64,000 bases of DNA from Candidatus Multivoradales bacterium (GCA_965248925.1 CBDFLE010000006.1:4544001-4608000); one strand, 5' to 3'. Shown: positions 52,997 to 63,036, counted from the stretch's first letter. Numbers and translations are program-made. The notes: generated from the letters alone by a model not told the origin.

Positions 52997-53817
52997 CGGG
53001 CTTGGGCTACAGGTTCGCCGCCAGCCGACGGCCGGTGATCGGTGAGTAGATACCGGAACAGCAGATTGCGTAGGTCGCGGGAGGCCAGCGGGCGGTGAAG
53101 CTCGCCATCGACAGTCAGCGAAATGGAACCGGATTCTTCGGAAACTACCACCGCCAGGGCATCAGTTTCCTCGCTGATTCCCAGCGCCGCTCGGTGTCGC
53201 GTCCCGAGTTCGGTCGACAGCGCTGAGTTTCGCGTCAGGGGTAGGAAACAACTGGCCGCGGCGATGCGATCGCCTTGGATGATCACCGCGCCGTCATGGG
53301 TCGGAGTGTCGGGAGTGAAGAGGTTGATCAACAGATCCAGCGACACTTTGGAATCTAGCGCGATACCGTTCTCGATGAAGTTGCGTAAGCCCTCGATGCG
53401 TTCGATAACGATCAACGCTCCGATCTTGCGATCGGCCAGGGTAGTGGCCGCCAAGACGATGTCGTCAAAGGTACTGGCGACTTCATGCCGCTGCTGATGA
53501 AAGCCCAGCAGCGGAGTACGGCCGAACCTGGCCAGCGCCCTGCGGATCTCATGCTGAAAGAGCACGATGATGGCGAACGGCAGGAAGCTGAAGAACTTCT
53601 CCAGCGTAGCTTCCAGAGCGAGCAGACCGAGATAGCCGGCAAGGTAGTAGATCGCCACCAAGCTGACCAACCCGAGCAGTACCTGCACCGCCCGAGTGCC
53701 GCGAATCAGCAGCAGCAGGTTGTAGACCACGAGAGCGACCAGCAGCACGTCGGCGATATCGCGCCAAGACGGGAAGTGCACCAACAGTTGGTCGAAGGTG
53801 GCGGTCGCGTTTTCCAT
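52993..53817 (-). CDS. cdaA: Diadenylate cyclase CdaA/DacA
   Basis: 3 TM segments, THDGAVII, GTRHRAA, VVSEESG. Confidence 0.95.
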   Translation of the reverse strand: MENATATFDQLLVHFPSWRDIADVLLVALVVYNLLLLIRGTRAVQVLLGLVSLVAIYYLAGYLGLLALEATLEKFFSFLPFAIIVLFQHEIRRALARFGRTPLLGFHQQRHEVASTFDDIVLAATTLADRKIGALIVIERIEGLRNFIENGIALDSKVSLDLLINLFTPDTPTHDGAVIIQGDRIAAASCFLPLTRNSALSTELGTRHRAALGISEETDALAVVVSEESGSISLTVDGELHRPLASRDLRNLLFRYLLTDHRPSAGGEPVAQAR

Positions 53818-53867
53818 GGCGTGGGCAAGGGCGGGCTTGACTCGACAAAGTCCGCTGTTCGACCAAT

Positions 53868-54791
53868 CTATCGCATTTCACCGTTTACCGGGTCATCGAT
53901 CGGTGCGTCGCTTTGTTCGATGGCCGCCCAAGTCGCCAACAGTTGAACGGTCTCGCCGACATCATGAACGCGGACGATAGACGCCCCCGCCTGTGCGGCC
54001 CAGGCCACCGCCGCCAGGCTGCCACCCAATCTCTGATCGACGGCTGCTGGCGAGACCTCGGCGAGGAAGCTCTTACGGCTGGCGCCGATCAAGATTGGCC
54101 GCCCGAGTTGCTGGCGAAGCTCCGCGATAGATCGCAGCAGACTCAGATTGTCGGGCAGAAGTTTGCCGAAGCCGATGCCGGGATCGTAGATCAGTTGCTC
54201 TTGGCGGACGCCGCACCGGCGACCGAGCCGGCCCATTGCTGCAAGTTCGGCGATCACTTCAGGGACGGTGTCGACAAACTCGACTCGCGCTTGCATGGAG
54301 CCTACTTCGCCGCGGCTGTGCATCACCACCACCGGGCAGCCGGCGCTGGCGACGGCGCTGGCCAGCGCCGGGTCGGCCAGACCGCCGATATCATTGATCA
54401 GGTCAGCACCGGCGGCCAGTACTTGGCGGGCGACACTGCCTTTGCGGGTGTCGACAGCTAGCAAGGCATCGGTTTCGTGGCGCAGCCCTTCGAGTACCGG
54501 CAGCAGGCGGTCCGCCTCTTCGCTGGCGATCACTCGATCGGCGCCGCGGCCATAGACGCCACCGCCTGGGCGGGTCGATTCCGCACCTAGGTCGAGGATC
54601 TCAGCACCAGCCGCGAGCATCTCCAAGCCGTGGGCGATGGCCTTTTCGGGCTCCAGCCAACGGCCGCCATCGCTGAACGAATCGGGGGTGATGTTGAGCA
54701 CACCCATGACTTGGGGATGCATTCCGAGCTGCCAGCGGCGCTTGCCGGGTAGCTCGAGAGTCCAGGAGGAGGGAATTTGCGCTGTACCCAT
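53868..54791 (-). CDS. folP: Dihydropteroate synthase
   Basis: MGVLNITPDSFSDGG, GAESTRPG, DPGIGFGK, SRKSF, RVHDV. Confidence 0.96.
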   Translation of the reverse strand: MGTAQIPSSWTLELPGKRRWQLGMHPQVMGVLNITPDSFSDGGRWLEPEKAIAHGLEMLAAGAEILDLGAESTRPGGGVYGRGADRVIASEEADRLLPVLEGLRHETDALLAVDTRKGSVARQVLAAGADLINDIGGLADPALASAVASAGCPVVVMHSRGEVGSMQARVEFVDTVPEVIAELAAMGRLGRRCGVRQEQLIYDPGIGFGKLLPDNLSLLRSIAELRQQLGRPILIGASRKSFLAEVSPAAVDQRLGGSLAAVAWAAQAGASIVRVHDVGETVQLLATWAAIEQSDAPIDDPVNGEMR

Positions 54792-54971
54792 CGGCGGGCA
54801 TCTTACGCCCGCCGTAGAACTCCGGCAACCGAGCCAGCCGCGTGTGTCGGTGATGGCGGCACACGCCGCTGGCGGGCTCTTGAAGCTCGTTCGTTGCTGC
54901 CCCGGCTCGACTCGAAAGGTCTGCCGTGAAGGCAGTGGGTCGCTCTCGGGCTGGCACCACGATGCCGTTTC

Positions 54972-56600
54972 TTAGGGGCAGGTGGCGAATGCCTGGGTGT
55001 CGGTGACCGCCGGTGCGCTGCGGCCCAATTGATTGAAGTAAGTTCTGCTGGCGTTGGTCTCGGTGTCGACCACCGTCAAGGTGTATTCCATATTGGTGGT
55101 AGCGGCGGAGAAAACCCAGAAGTGGTCGGTACTGTGGCAGCTGTCGAGAACCTTGAGCAAGACTTCCCAATTATCAGAACCGAAGAACCAGAACAGACCA
55201 GACTTGTCAGTTTGAGCATCGACGGTTTTCCCAGTGCCGCTACGGTTGCGGAAATTGGTCCAATCCGCGGTGACTCGGAAACGGTTGCCGTCTCGGCCGC
55301 CCAGACATAGGGTTTCGGCGTCGGGCACGCAGATGTCGCGTGGCCGGATACGCCCGTCGATCTCCGGGATCTGGAAGTTCGGATCGATGCGACAGGGGCC
55401 AGCGGCCAGACCGCCATTGGCAATGGCCTCGCAAGTGGTCTGCAAATCAGCGGCATCGGGCTGCGGCAGACCAGCCACCCAGCCGCGGAGTGACTCCCAG
55501 CCGGCCACCAGTTCGGCCTCGCTAAAGTCACAGTGGGTCGGAGTGTCCTCGACGATGATGCCGATGCTGAGGTTCTCTGGCGGCACTTTGGCGGCGTAGT
55601 CGCTCTCGTGCTCGACGATCACCAGGCCGTCTTTGTCGGTGTGCAACGAGACTATCTTGACCTCGCCAACTCTGCCGTTCGGGGTGTAGTTACGCCGCAG
55701 GAGGGCGCGAGCATTGGCGTCGGCCAAGACCCGCTGGACGCCATTGTTGGCGTTGGTGTCGCCATAGTCGGCATGGGCATTGTCGAGCCCCTGGCCGCCG
55801 CCCAGCTTGCGCGGATCGAAGACCAAATCAGCCAGGCCGAAGGTGACGAAGCCCATGTCAGTGAGGATGAACTCCTCCGGCAGTCCGGTGAGCTGCTGCA
55901 GTTGATTCAGGTTGGCAATTTGCTCGGCGCTGCGCTGGCTTGGCGGCAGCAGCACGCCGGTGCAGTTGTTGACCGCGGCGGCCAAGGCGTTAGGGTCGAA
56001 GTTGGGGTCGGGCGGGAAAGCGAGGCCGGTGGTGCCGCCGGCAATGGCAGCGCCCGCCACATTCTCGCAAACGTAGTCGTAGAGGAGGCGCAAGTCGAGG
56101 CCGCCATCCCACGCTTTGCTGCCGGCCAGGGCGCCACACACCGGCAGGGCTCCAACCACGTTGCCCATGCCGCCCTGCTCGACCGCCTGAGCGGTGACCA
56201 GTCCGCCCAACGAAGCGCCGTAGATCATCACCTGATCAGGAATGCCGATGGTGTTCTCGAAGACTTCGACCAGCTGCTGGTTGTCGTCCAGGGTGTTGAA
56301 CAGCGCCCAGCCGATTTGGCTGTAGCTGGAGGCGGCGACAGCGTAGTCCTCTGAGAGCTGCAATGCTGCCAGTGGACCCATGTCTTGCACTGGGCCGATT
56401 GGTGAGAGGCTGAAGCCGTGGTTCCAGATCGCCAGGCCATCTGCCGGGGTCCAGCCGTCGGGAACCTGGATCTTGTAGTAAGCGCCGCTCCGGGTTTGAC
56501 CGTTGAACTCGGTCTGGGCAGTTGCCGGGGATGCGGTGACGCAAGCGAGTAGTAGTACACCCGCCGCGGCGGCGCGGGTCAACATGGGTCTCGAAGGCAT
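54972..56600 (-). CDS. Secreted alpha/beta hydrolase with a Cys-bounded C-terminal beta domain
   Basis: Signal peptide; WNHG, GASLGG nucleophile elbow, THCDF; C-terminus LCL..RFRV..W..FWFF..N.E..KVLD.C..FWVF..TDTQAF.TCP. Confidence 0.75.
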   Translation of the reverse strand: MPSRPMLTRAAAAGVLLLACVTASPATAQTEFNGQTRSGAYYKIQVPDGWTPADGLAIWNHGFSLSPIGPVQDMGPLAALQLSEDYAVAASSYSQIGWALFNTLDDNQQLVEVFENTIGIPDQVMIYGASLGGLVTAQAVEQGGMGNVVGALPVCGALAGSKAWDGGLDLRLLYDYVCENVAGAAIAGGTTGLAFPPDPNFDPNALAAAVNNCTGVLLPPSQRSAEQIANLNQLQQLTGLPEEFILTDMGFVTFGLADLVFDPRKLGGGQGLDNAHADYGDTNANNGVQRVLADANARALLRRNYTPNGRVGEVKIVSLHTDKDGLVIVEHESDYAAKVPPENLSIGIIVEDTPTHCDFSEAELVAGWESLRGWVAGLPQPDAADLQTTCEAIANGGLAAGPCRIDPNFQIPEIDGRIRPRDICVPDAETLCLGGRDGNRFRVTADWTNFRNRSGTGKTVDAQTDKSGLFWFFGSDNWEVLLKVLDSCHSTDHFWVFSAATTNMEYTLTVVDTETNASRTYFNQLGRSAPAVTDTQAFATCP

Positions 56601-56771
56601 TCGAACCTCCTCCTTGCAGATAGGGCAGAGCGCGGCTGAAATGTGCTCCCGCCGCAGTCTGAGATGGATGAGTTCCCCCTAGGCTATCACCGCCGCGACG
56701 GCGGCCAGGGCAAGGCAAAACCGGCAGGTGATCACCTGCCGGTTTATCGGACTCAGAGATCGAAACTCAGG

Positions 56772-58730
56772 TCAGGAGGTTGCTGGCGAAGGCAGCGAGT
56801 CGCCGGGCAGCGGACTGTCTACCGTATCGGTTTCCTCGGCTGAGGAGGCGGTATCGCCCGGGGGCGAATCGACTTCGTGGTCGTTGCTCCGCGGTGGGTC
56901 GTGGGTGGTCGGACCCAGGCGTTGGCCGGTCATTTCCTCGATCAAGCGATAGATCTCGTAGCCTTCGAGCGACTCCCGGTCCAGCAGGTCGAGTGAGAGG
57001 CGCTCCAGAACCGCGCTCTGGTCGGTGAGGACCTGGGTCGCCTTGGTGTAGCCCTCGGTGACGATTCGCTCCACCTCCTGGTCGATCTTGATCGCCGTCT
57101 CTTGGCTGTAGTCGGCGCGCTGGGCGAACTCGCGGCCGAGGAAAACAGGCTCGTCCTTCTGGCCGTAGGACAAAGGGCCAAGAGTTGACATGCCCCACTC
57201 ACAAACCATCTGGCGGGCCGTGTCGGTGGCTCGTTCAATGTCGTTGCCGGCACCGCTGGTGATATCACCCTGACTGATCTCTTCGGCTACCCGGCCACCC
57301 ATCAGGATGGCGATCTGATTCTCGAGAAAGCGCTGCTTGTAGGTATGCCGGTCTTCGGTCGGTAGCTGCATGGTCAAGCCAAGCGCGCGGCCGCGGGGAA
57401 TGATGGTTACCTTATGCAGCGGATCGGTGCCGGGCAAGAAGGCGGCTACCAAGGCATGGCCGGCCTCGTGATAGGCGGTCACCTCTTTTTCCTCGTCGGT
57501 GAGCATCATCGATTTGCGCTCGACGCCCATCATCACCTTGTCTTTGGCGTAGTCGAAATCCTCCATCTCGACAGAACTCTTGTTGCGCCGAGCGGCGATC
57601 AGGGCGGCCTCGTTGACCAAGTTGGCCAAGTCGGCACCGGCGAAACCTGGGGTGCCGCGGGCCAGAATCTGGAGATCGACATCCTCGCCGAGAGGGAAGG
57701 TCTTGGTGTGCACCCGCAAGATGCCCAGTCGGCCGAGGATGTCCGGACGATCGACCACGACCCGGCGATCGAAGCGGCCGGGGCGTAGCAACGCCGGATC
57801 TAGCACGTCGGGGCGATTGGTGGCGGCGATCAGAATGACCCCTTCGTTGGTCTCGAAGCCGTCCATTTCGACCAATAGCTGGTTGAGGGTTTGCTCGCGT
57901 TCATCGTGGCCACCGCCTAGTCCGGCGCCGCGATGCCGGCCGACTGCATCGATCTCGTCGATGAAGATGATGCAAGGAGCGTTCTTCTGCCCTTGTTCGA
58001 AGAGGTCGCGAACTCGGCTGGCACCGACGCCGACGAACATCTCGACGAAATCTGAGCCCGAGATGGAGAAAAATGGCACGCTGGCCTCGCCAGCAATGGC
58101 TCGGGCCAGCAAGGTCTTGCCGGTGCCCGGCGGGCCCATCAACAGGATACCCTTGGGAATCTTGCCGCCGAGTTTCTGGAATCTCTGGGGCTCTTTGAGG
58201 AATTCGACCACTTCGCCGAGCTCCGCCTTGGCTTCCTCGACCCCGGCAACATCATCGAAAGTGACCTTCTTGCCCGCGTTGTTGAGCAGCTTGGCCTTCG
58301 ACTTGCCGAATGACAGGGCCTTCTTGCCACCGTTTTGGAATTGGCGCATGAAGAAGATCCATAGGCCGACGATCAGCAGCACCGGCCCCCAGCCAAGGAA
58401 GATCGCGAGTAGAGGGTTGTCCTTGCGCGGCTCGATGACAATGACCACCCCGGCGTCGTGCAGTTTGTCGACCAGATCTGGGTATTCATTGGGCTTGAAG
58501 GTGTGAAATTTGTTGGCTTCTAGCTGGCCGCCCTTGAAAGAGCCACTAATCTCACCGTCGCTGTTGCGGATTGTCACCTTCTCGATTCGGCCGGCCTCGA
58601 CTTCGGACAGGAAGTCACTGAAGTTGAGTTCTTGCTGGGCAGCCGTGGTGCCTTGGATCCTGTTCCATAAGAACAGGGCGACGGCGAAGATCACAAACCA
58701 GAGAATGAGAGTTCTGACGGTCGAGTTCAC
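56772..58730 (-). CDS. ftsH: ATP-dependent zinc metalloprotease FtsH
   Basis: 2 TM segments, [28 protein letters not shown]. Confidence 0.98.
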   Translation of the reverse strand: MNSTVRTLILWFVIFAVALFLWNRIQGTTAAQQELNFSDFLSEVEAGRIEKVTIRNSDGEISGSFKGGQLEANKFHTFKPNEYPDLVDKLHDAGVVIVIEPRKDNPLLAIFLGWGPVLLIVGLWIFFMRQFQNGGKKALSFGKSKAKLLNNAGKKVTFDDVAGVEEAKAELGEVVEFLKEPQRFQKLGGKIPKGILLMGPPGTGKTLLARAIAGEASVPFFSISGSDFVEMFVGVGASRVRDLFEQGQKNAPCIIFIDEIDAVGRHRGAGLGGGHDEREQTLNQLLVEMDGFETNEGVILIAATNRPDVLDPALLRPGRFDRRVVVDRPDILGRLGILRVHTKTFPLGEDVDLQILARGTPGFAGADLANLVNEAALIAARRNKSSVEMEDFDYAKDKVMMGVERKSMMLTDEEKEVTAYHEAGHALVAAFLPGTDPLHKVTIIPRGRALGLTMQLPTEDRHTYKQRFLENQIAILMGGRVAEEISQGDITSGAGNDIERATDTARQMVCEWGMSTLGPLSYGQKDEPVFLGREFAQRADYSQETAIKIDQEVERIVTEGYTKATQVLTDQSAVLERLSLDLLDRESLEGYEIYRLIEEMTGQRLGPTTHDPPRSNDHEVDSPPGDTASSAEETDTVDSPLPGDSLPSPATS

Positions 58731-58945
58731 AGCTAAGAACCTTTCGGCAAGCTACCCAGCATGGGTAGATGACGCCAATGGACGGCTTGGGTCCGCCGCG
58801 ATCAGACCGCGGCGCTCAGGCCTGCGCAAGCTAGCACGAACCTGTAGCAGTAAGAACGGTGGCAAGCGGTAAAAGATTCCACCTCGCTTGCCGACAGAGG
58901 CTGATCTTGACCCGAGACCAACGAAGTCCCCGCGACGCCAGGGCG

Positions 58946-60319
58946 TCAGAGAGCTTCGGTTCTAGCCACCCACACCTGCCCCGGACTGCTCGCTCGACTG
59001 TCGGCTGGCGGTAGCCTACAAGACTCTGCGAGCGCTACGCCAGGAACCCAGGCCAGTTCCCCTCTGATGATCAACAACGGTAGAAAATCTCGCGCGAAGC
59101 GGGGCATCCGACGATCGATCAGCACTTTCTTGAGCCGGCGCCGGCCGCTGCAACCGAGAGGGTGAATCCGGTCTCCCGGCCGCCGGCTACGAATCTCGAC
59201 GCCGGCCAGCGGTGGCGATCGTATCCACAATCCAACCCGCCGCGGCTGGTAGCGGTACATCCAAGGGGCAATCGCCGCCGGCTGCAGGTGGAAGCGGAGG
59301 CCCACTTCGGCGAGGTCGACGCTTCCCGGTGGCGTGAGTGTATAGGTGAAAGCGGCGAGCGCGGGGCGTTGGCGGTGCAGCCAGAGATGCTTGGAATCCC
59401 CATCCCAGCGCCAGCCATCGCCACAGTCGCAGCCCACGGCAGTGCCGCGGCTTAGTTGCCGATCTAGCTCGCGGCGCGCTGTTAACGGCGGTGGATAAGC
59501 GGCTCCCGCTCGATGGTGCAGCATAGCCAGCGCTGCTGGACGTAGTTCGCTGGGTAGCGCGACCAGTCGCTGGCGGTCGAGCTCGATAGCATGGGCCGTG
59601 GGTTGCGGCTGCAGCAGCTCTTGCAGCCGCTGCTCGAGGTGGTGGCGAGCACGAGCCGCCGCCGCCGCCAAGCGGCACAAGCGCGGGGTGATATCGGGGA
59701 GCCGCTCGCGCAGTCGTGGCAACAGACAGTGTCTGACCCGGTTACGCGGCACTCGTAAATCGGCGTTCGTAGGGTCGCTCAGAGGCTTTACCCGGCTGCT
59801 GGCCAGTGCCGCTTGCAGGGCCTGGCGAGATAGGCCGAGCAAGGGTCTCGAAAGGTAGCCACGGTGGGCTTGCATGGCGGCCAGGCCGGCGAGACCGCTG
59901 CCGAAGAGCATCCGCAGCAAGACGGTCTCAGCTTGGTCGTCAGCGTGATGGGCGGTGGCGAGGTAGCGTGCTCCGAGGCGTCGAGCGAGGCCATTGAGAA
60001 AAGCGTAACGCAGCTGGCGCGCATGTGCCTCCGGGCTCTCCTCAGAGCCGCGTAGCAGCTCGGAGCCGGTCGCTCGAGCAGAGGAAAATGCGACTCCCAG
60101 AGAGCGCGATAGCTCGCCAGCGGCTAGTGCCCGGTGAGCTGAGTCTGCATCCAAACCATGGTCGAAATGGCCGGCGTGGAGGCGAAAGTCCAGCTGCGAC
60201 GCCAAGCGGCTGAGACCCCACAGCAGCGCACAGGAATCGGGACCGCCGGAAAATGCCACGACGATGAGATCAGCCGGTGCAATCCGCTGCTGGAAATGCT
60301 CCCGCAGCGTCGCCAGCAA
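58946..60319 (-). CDS. tilS: tRNA(Ile)-lysidine synthase
   Basis: AFSGGPDS, AHHADDQAET, DPTN..RNRVR, C-terminal RRPGDRI. Confidence 0.94.
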   Translation of the reverse strand: MLATLREHFQQRIAPADLIVVAFSGGPDSCALLWGLSRLASQLDFRLHAGHFDHGLDADSAHRALAAGELSRSLGVAFSSARATGSELLRGSEESPEAHARQLRYAFLNGLARRLGARYLATAHHADDQAETVLLRMLFGSGLAGLAAMQAHRGYLSRPLLGLSRQALQAALASSRVKPLSDPTNADLRVPRNRVRHCLLPRLRERLPDITPRLCRLAAAAARARHHLEQRLQELLQPQPTAHAIELDRQRLVALPSELRPAALAMLHHRAGAAYPPPLTARRELDRQLSRGTAVGCDCGDGWRWDGDSKHLWLHRQRPALAAFTYTLTPPGSVDLAEVGLRFHLQPAAIAPWMYRYQPRRVGLWIRSPPLAGVEIRSRRPGDRIHPLGCSGRRRLKKVLIDRRMPRFARDFLPLLIIRGELAWVPGVALAESCRLPPADSRASSPGQVWVARTEAL

Positions 60320-60398
60320 CTCGGCGGCGCCTCTTTGGGCGGATTGGTTGGGGCGGCTTTTGAGCAGCGCGGAGAGACAATGCGGGACAGAGTTTTAG

Positions 60399-60475
60399 TG
60401 GTGGCGGTGAAGGGACTTGAACCCCTGACACAGCGGATATGAGCCGCTTGCTCTAACCAACTGAGCTACACCGCC
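60399..60475 (-). tRNA. tRNA-Met (CAT), probably elongator
   Basis: GGCGGTG/CACCGCC acceptor, AGCGG-CT-CAT-AT-CCGCT anticodon arm, CCA end. The 1-72 pair is intact, so it is not the initiator. Confidence 0.92.
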
Positions 60476-60662
60476 GAAGCCGGGCGACCTGAAGGAGCTG
60501 GCGGAGAAAGTCGAGTCGCAGAGCGTCGAGGTGGGTTCGCGCCTGCGCCTGACCTTCACTACGGGCTCTTAGGCCGCGGCGCGCGACGTTAGCTCAGGCA
60601 GCGACCGTCTGTCAAAGGTCAGCGGCGAAGAAATGCGGTGAGTCTTGCTGACTACGGCCCTA

Positions 60663-60719
60663 TTTGCCTAGTTGCCACAATCTTTTGCCCAGTTGTCACA
60701 ATCTGCATGCGACTATACT
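60663..60719 (+). promoter_or_regulatory. Tandem 21-bp direct repeat plus -10 box
   Basis: TTTGCCTAGTTGCCACAATCT / TTTGCCCAGTTGTCACAATCT (19/21 identical), then TATACT at 60714-60719. Confidence 0.6.
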
Positions 60720-60725
60720 GAGCGA

Positions 60726-60923
60726 GTGTGGGAGCGCGAAACCAAGAAATGCCTGCACTGCGAGGCGTCGAACCACCAGCGGCTGCTCGAGCAGTGTGTC
60801 ACTTGTCGGCAGCATTTTTGCCGGCTGTGTGCAGTCCACCGCATGGGGCGCCGCTTCTGCGGCATCCACTGCTGCGATCTGTTCTTCTTCGGCGGCGAAG
60901 AAGACGAGCTAGACGGGGCATAG
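60726..60923 (+). CDS. Small Cys-rich zinc-finger (B-box-like) protein
   Basis: CLHC..CVTC..FCRLC..FCGIHC with an acidic tail; GTG 6 nt after TATACT. Confidence 0.7.
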   Translation: MWERETKKCLHCEASNHQRLLEQCVTCRQHFCRLCAVHRMGRRFCGIHCCDLFFFGGEEDELDGA

Positions 60924-61021
60924 TCCTGCCGTCCAGCAGCCTGTAGATCGGCGCAGCCAGCAGCCAGGCAGCAGATTGCCTCAGCGGCTGCCCGGCCGAC
61001 TCCGACGCTTGGCCGCGACAC

Positions 61022-61333
61022 TCAGCGAAGAACTTCTTGACAGCTGCGGAACTGGCCAAAGAACTGCCGCATCGAACTCGCCAGCGCAGAATCGTTGAGC
61101 GAGTAGATGACATTCTGGCCACGCCGCTGGTCGATCACCAAATCGGCCTCTTTCAGCACCGACAGGTGGCGTGAAATCGTCGGTTGCGAGAGATCGAACT
61201 TGGCGACGATTTCGCCGACCGAATACTGCTGCTCTTCGAGCAACCGTAGGATCTCTTGTCGGGTGCCGTCTGCCAAGGCCTTGAAGATCTTGGTCATTCG
61301 GCGGCTGTGGGCGCGTTCCATTGAATTGTCCAT
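61022..61333 (-). CDS. ArsR/SmtB family transcriptional regulator
   Basis: FKALADGTRQEIL..SVGEI..LSQPTISRHLSVLKEADLV..RRGQNVIYSL. Confidence 0.92.
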   Translation of the reverse strand: MDNSMERAHSRRMTKIFKALADGTRQEILRLLEEQQYSVGEIVAKFDLSQPTISRHLSVLKEADLVIDQRRGQNVIYSLNDSALASSMRQFFGQFRSCQEVLR

Positions 61334-61565
61334 CGTGTCACCTCTTCGAATTGGGCGTCTCTCTGAGTATTCCTCCTCACTCAACTCGTGCAGTGTATGT
61401 TCGGGTTGTTGAGCAATACTTGAGAAGTTCGGTTTGCTTGGCTACGAGCATGCGCACTTTCTGAGCACTAATGTGCAAGCTTCGCTATATACGCAATTAA
61501 GAGAATGTCAAACAGTTAGGACCAGGAGGCAATGACCGGAGAAACTGGCGGGATAGGCCCAACGC

Positions 61566-61597
61566 ACCGAGCCCCGGCGATCAAACCGGGGCTCGGT
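61566..61597 (-). terminator. Hairpin downstream of sodA
   Basis: ACCGAGCCCCGG / CCGGGGCTCGGT perfect 12-bp stem; no clear T-tail. Confidence 0.6.
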
Positions 61598-61621
61598 ACT
61601 TGCGTTCAGGGAGTTGGTGAG

Positions 61622-62221
61622 CTAAGTGGCGAGACGAGCTGCCACCGTTTGCCAATCGACGACATTCCACCAAGCCTGCAGGTAGTCCGGCCGCCGGTTC
61701 TGGTAGTTCAGATAGTAGGCGTGCTCCCAAACGTCAATGCCTAGCAGAGGAGTCTTGCCGCTGGAGATTGGACTGTCTTGGTTGGCGGTGGCCATCACCG
61801 CGAGCTGGTCGCCGTCCTTGACCAACCAGGTCCAGCCGGAGCCGAATTGGCCGCCGCCAGCGGCATTGATCTTGGCCTTGAGTGGGTCCAAGCCGCCGAA
61901 ATCCCGGTCAATAGCTGCTCCCAGGTCGCCGCTAGGGCTGCCGCCACCGCTGGGGCTCATGATGTCCCAGAAGAGGCTGTGGTTGGCGTGGCCGCCACCG
62001 TTGTTTCGTACCGCGGTGCGCACCGCTTGTGGCAGCGTCTCTAGGTCGGTGAGCAGTTCTTCGACCGACTTGGTAGCCAATTCCTGGTTGCCTTCTATGG
62101 CCTTGTTGAGATTGCCGACGTAGGCGGCGTGATGACGATCATGGTGAATCTCCATGGTGCGGGCGTCAATATGCGGTTCGAGCGCGTCGAAAGCGTATTT
62201 CAGAGGCGGTACTTCATACAT
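61622..62221 (-). CDS. sodA: Superoxide dismutase [Mn]
   Basis: [41 protein letters not shown]. Confidence 0.95.
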   Translation of the reverse strand: MYEVPPLKYAFDALEPHIDARTMEIHHDRHHAAYVGNLNKAIEGNQELATKSVEELLTDLETLPQAVRTAVRNNGGGHANHSLFWDIMSPSGGGSPSGDLGAAIDRDFGGLDPLKAKINAAGGGQFGSGWTWLVKDGDQLAVMATANQDSPISSGKTPLLGIDVWEHAYYLNYQNRRPDYLQAWWNVVDWQTVAARLAT

Positions 62222-62363
62222 GGATTGAGCTCCTTCTTGGGCTAGGATGGTACTGATGACAGTGCTGTGACTGGGCCGTGAGTATAGTGCCGAGTTGCGG
62301 TGCTGCGGTGTTCTGGGTTGAGTGCTGCCACGGTTCTTGGCAAATCTAGTGGTCCGGCAGGCG

Positions 62364-62392
62364 TTGACTTCTTTCGGGTGGTTCCCTAAAAT
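62364..62392 (+). promoter_or_regulatory. sigma70 promoter of the tRNA operon
   Basis: TTGACT-N17-TAAAAT followed by a GC-rich discriminator. Confidence 0.75.
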
Positions 62393-62407
62393 GCCGCCTC
62401 CGACGTC

Positions 62408-62484
62408 GGGGGGTTAGCTCAGCTGGTTAGAGCACCTGCCTTACACGCAGGGGGTCGCGGGTTCAAGTCCCTCACCTCCCACCA
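62408..62484 (+). tRNA. tRNA-Val (TAC)
   Basis: GGGGGGT/ACCTCCC acceptor, CCTGC-CT-TAC-AC-GCAGG arm, CCA end. Confidence 0.94.
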
Positions 62485-62580
62485 GCGCAAGTGAGGAGGC
62501 GGGGAGTCGCCGGAGCAGCTTTTGGCACCGGGTCGATTAGCGATCGTGGTCAACTGACCGCAATCGAGGGTTGGCCGCGG

Positions 62581-62639
62581 TTCAGTTTTGACAGTTTCAG
62601 TTGACAGTTTCGTTGACAGTTTCAGTTTTGACAGTTCAG
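62581..62639 (+). repeat. Short tandem repeat in the tRNA spacer (4 x TTGACAGT core)
   Basis: TTCAGTTTTGACAGT, TTCAGTTGACAGT, TTCGTTGACAGT, TTCAGTTTTGACAGT. Confidence 0.85.
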
Positions 62640-62640
62640 C

Positions 62641-62717
62641 GGGGTCGTAGTTCAGCTGGTTAGAATGCCGGCCTGTCACGCCGGAGGTCGCGGGTTCGAG
62701 TCCCGTCGACCCCGCCA
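62641..62717 (+). tRNA. tRNA-Asp (GTC)
   Basis: GGGGTCG/CGACCCC acceptor, CCGGC-CT-GTC-AC-GCCGG arm, GCCA end. Confidence 0.97.
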
Positions 62718-62828
62718 GTTTCCTCACCTTGTCTCACGAAGCGCCCTTGCAACGGCTGCTTCGGCAGCTGTCGACATTGGGTTAGACAGCCTCTCTCGGC
62801 ACTGGATGCCGAGGCTCGGAGATCGGAT

Positions 62829-62984
62829 ATGCGCGAGAAGATCAAGCTCGTTTCTTCGGCCGGCACCGGCTACTTCTACACCACCACCAAGAACAAGCGC
62901 ACCTCAACTGAGAAGCTGCGGTTGAAGAAGTACGACCCCAAGGTTCGCCGTCACGTCGAATTCGTCGAAGAAAAGCTGCGCTGA
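62829..62984 (+). CDS. rpmG: 50S ribosomal protein L33 (Cys-free form)
   Basis: Translated by hand: [51 protein letters not shown] (51 aa, below the ORF-track cutoff). Confidence 0.97.
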   Translation: MREKIKLVSSAGTGYFYTTTKNKRTSTEKLRLKKYDPKVRRHVEFVEEKLR

Positions 62985-63036
62985 GTTCTAGCTTCCCGGC
63001 GCGCTGCCGGCCTCGTCCATCAGAGCGCTTGCCGCG

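Noticed and set aside
58731-58945. hpt gene between tilS and ftsH
   Set aside because: The gap is only about 215 bp with no matching ORF; absence of hpt here is unremarkable.
60399-60475. CAT-anticodon tRNA directly upstream of tilS as the TilS substrate tRNA-Ile2
   Set aside because: The acceptor stem GGCGGTG lacks the C4-G69/C5-G68 pairs used by E. coli TilS and resembles elongator tRNA-Met. An isotype-specific model would be needed to overturn this.
62581-62639. Possible CRISPR array
   Set aside because: Units are 12-15 bp, have no unique spacers, and no cas genes are present.
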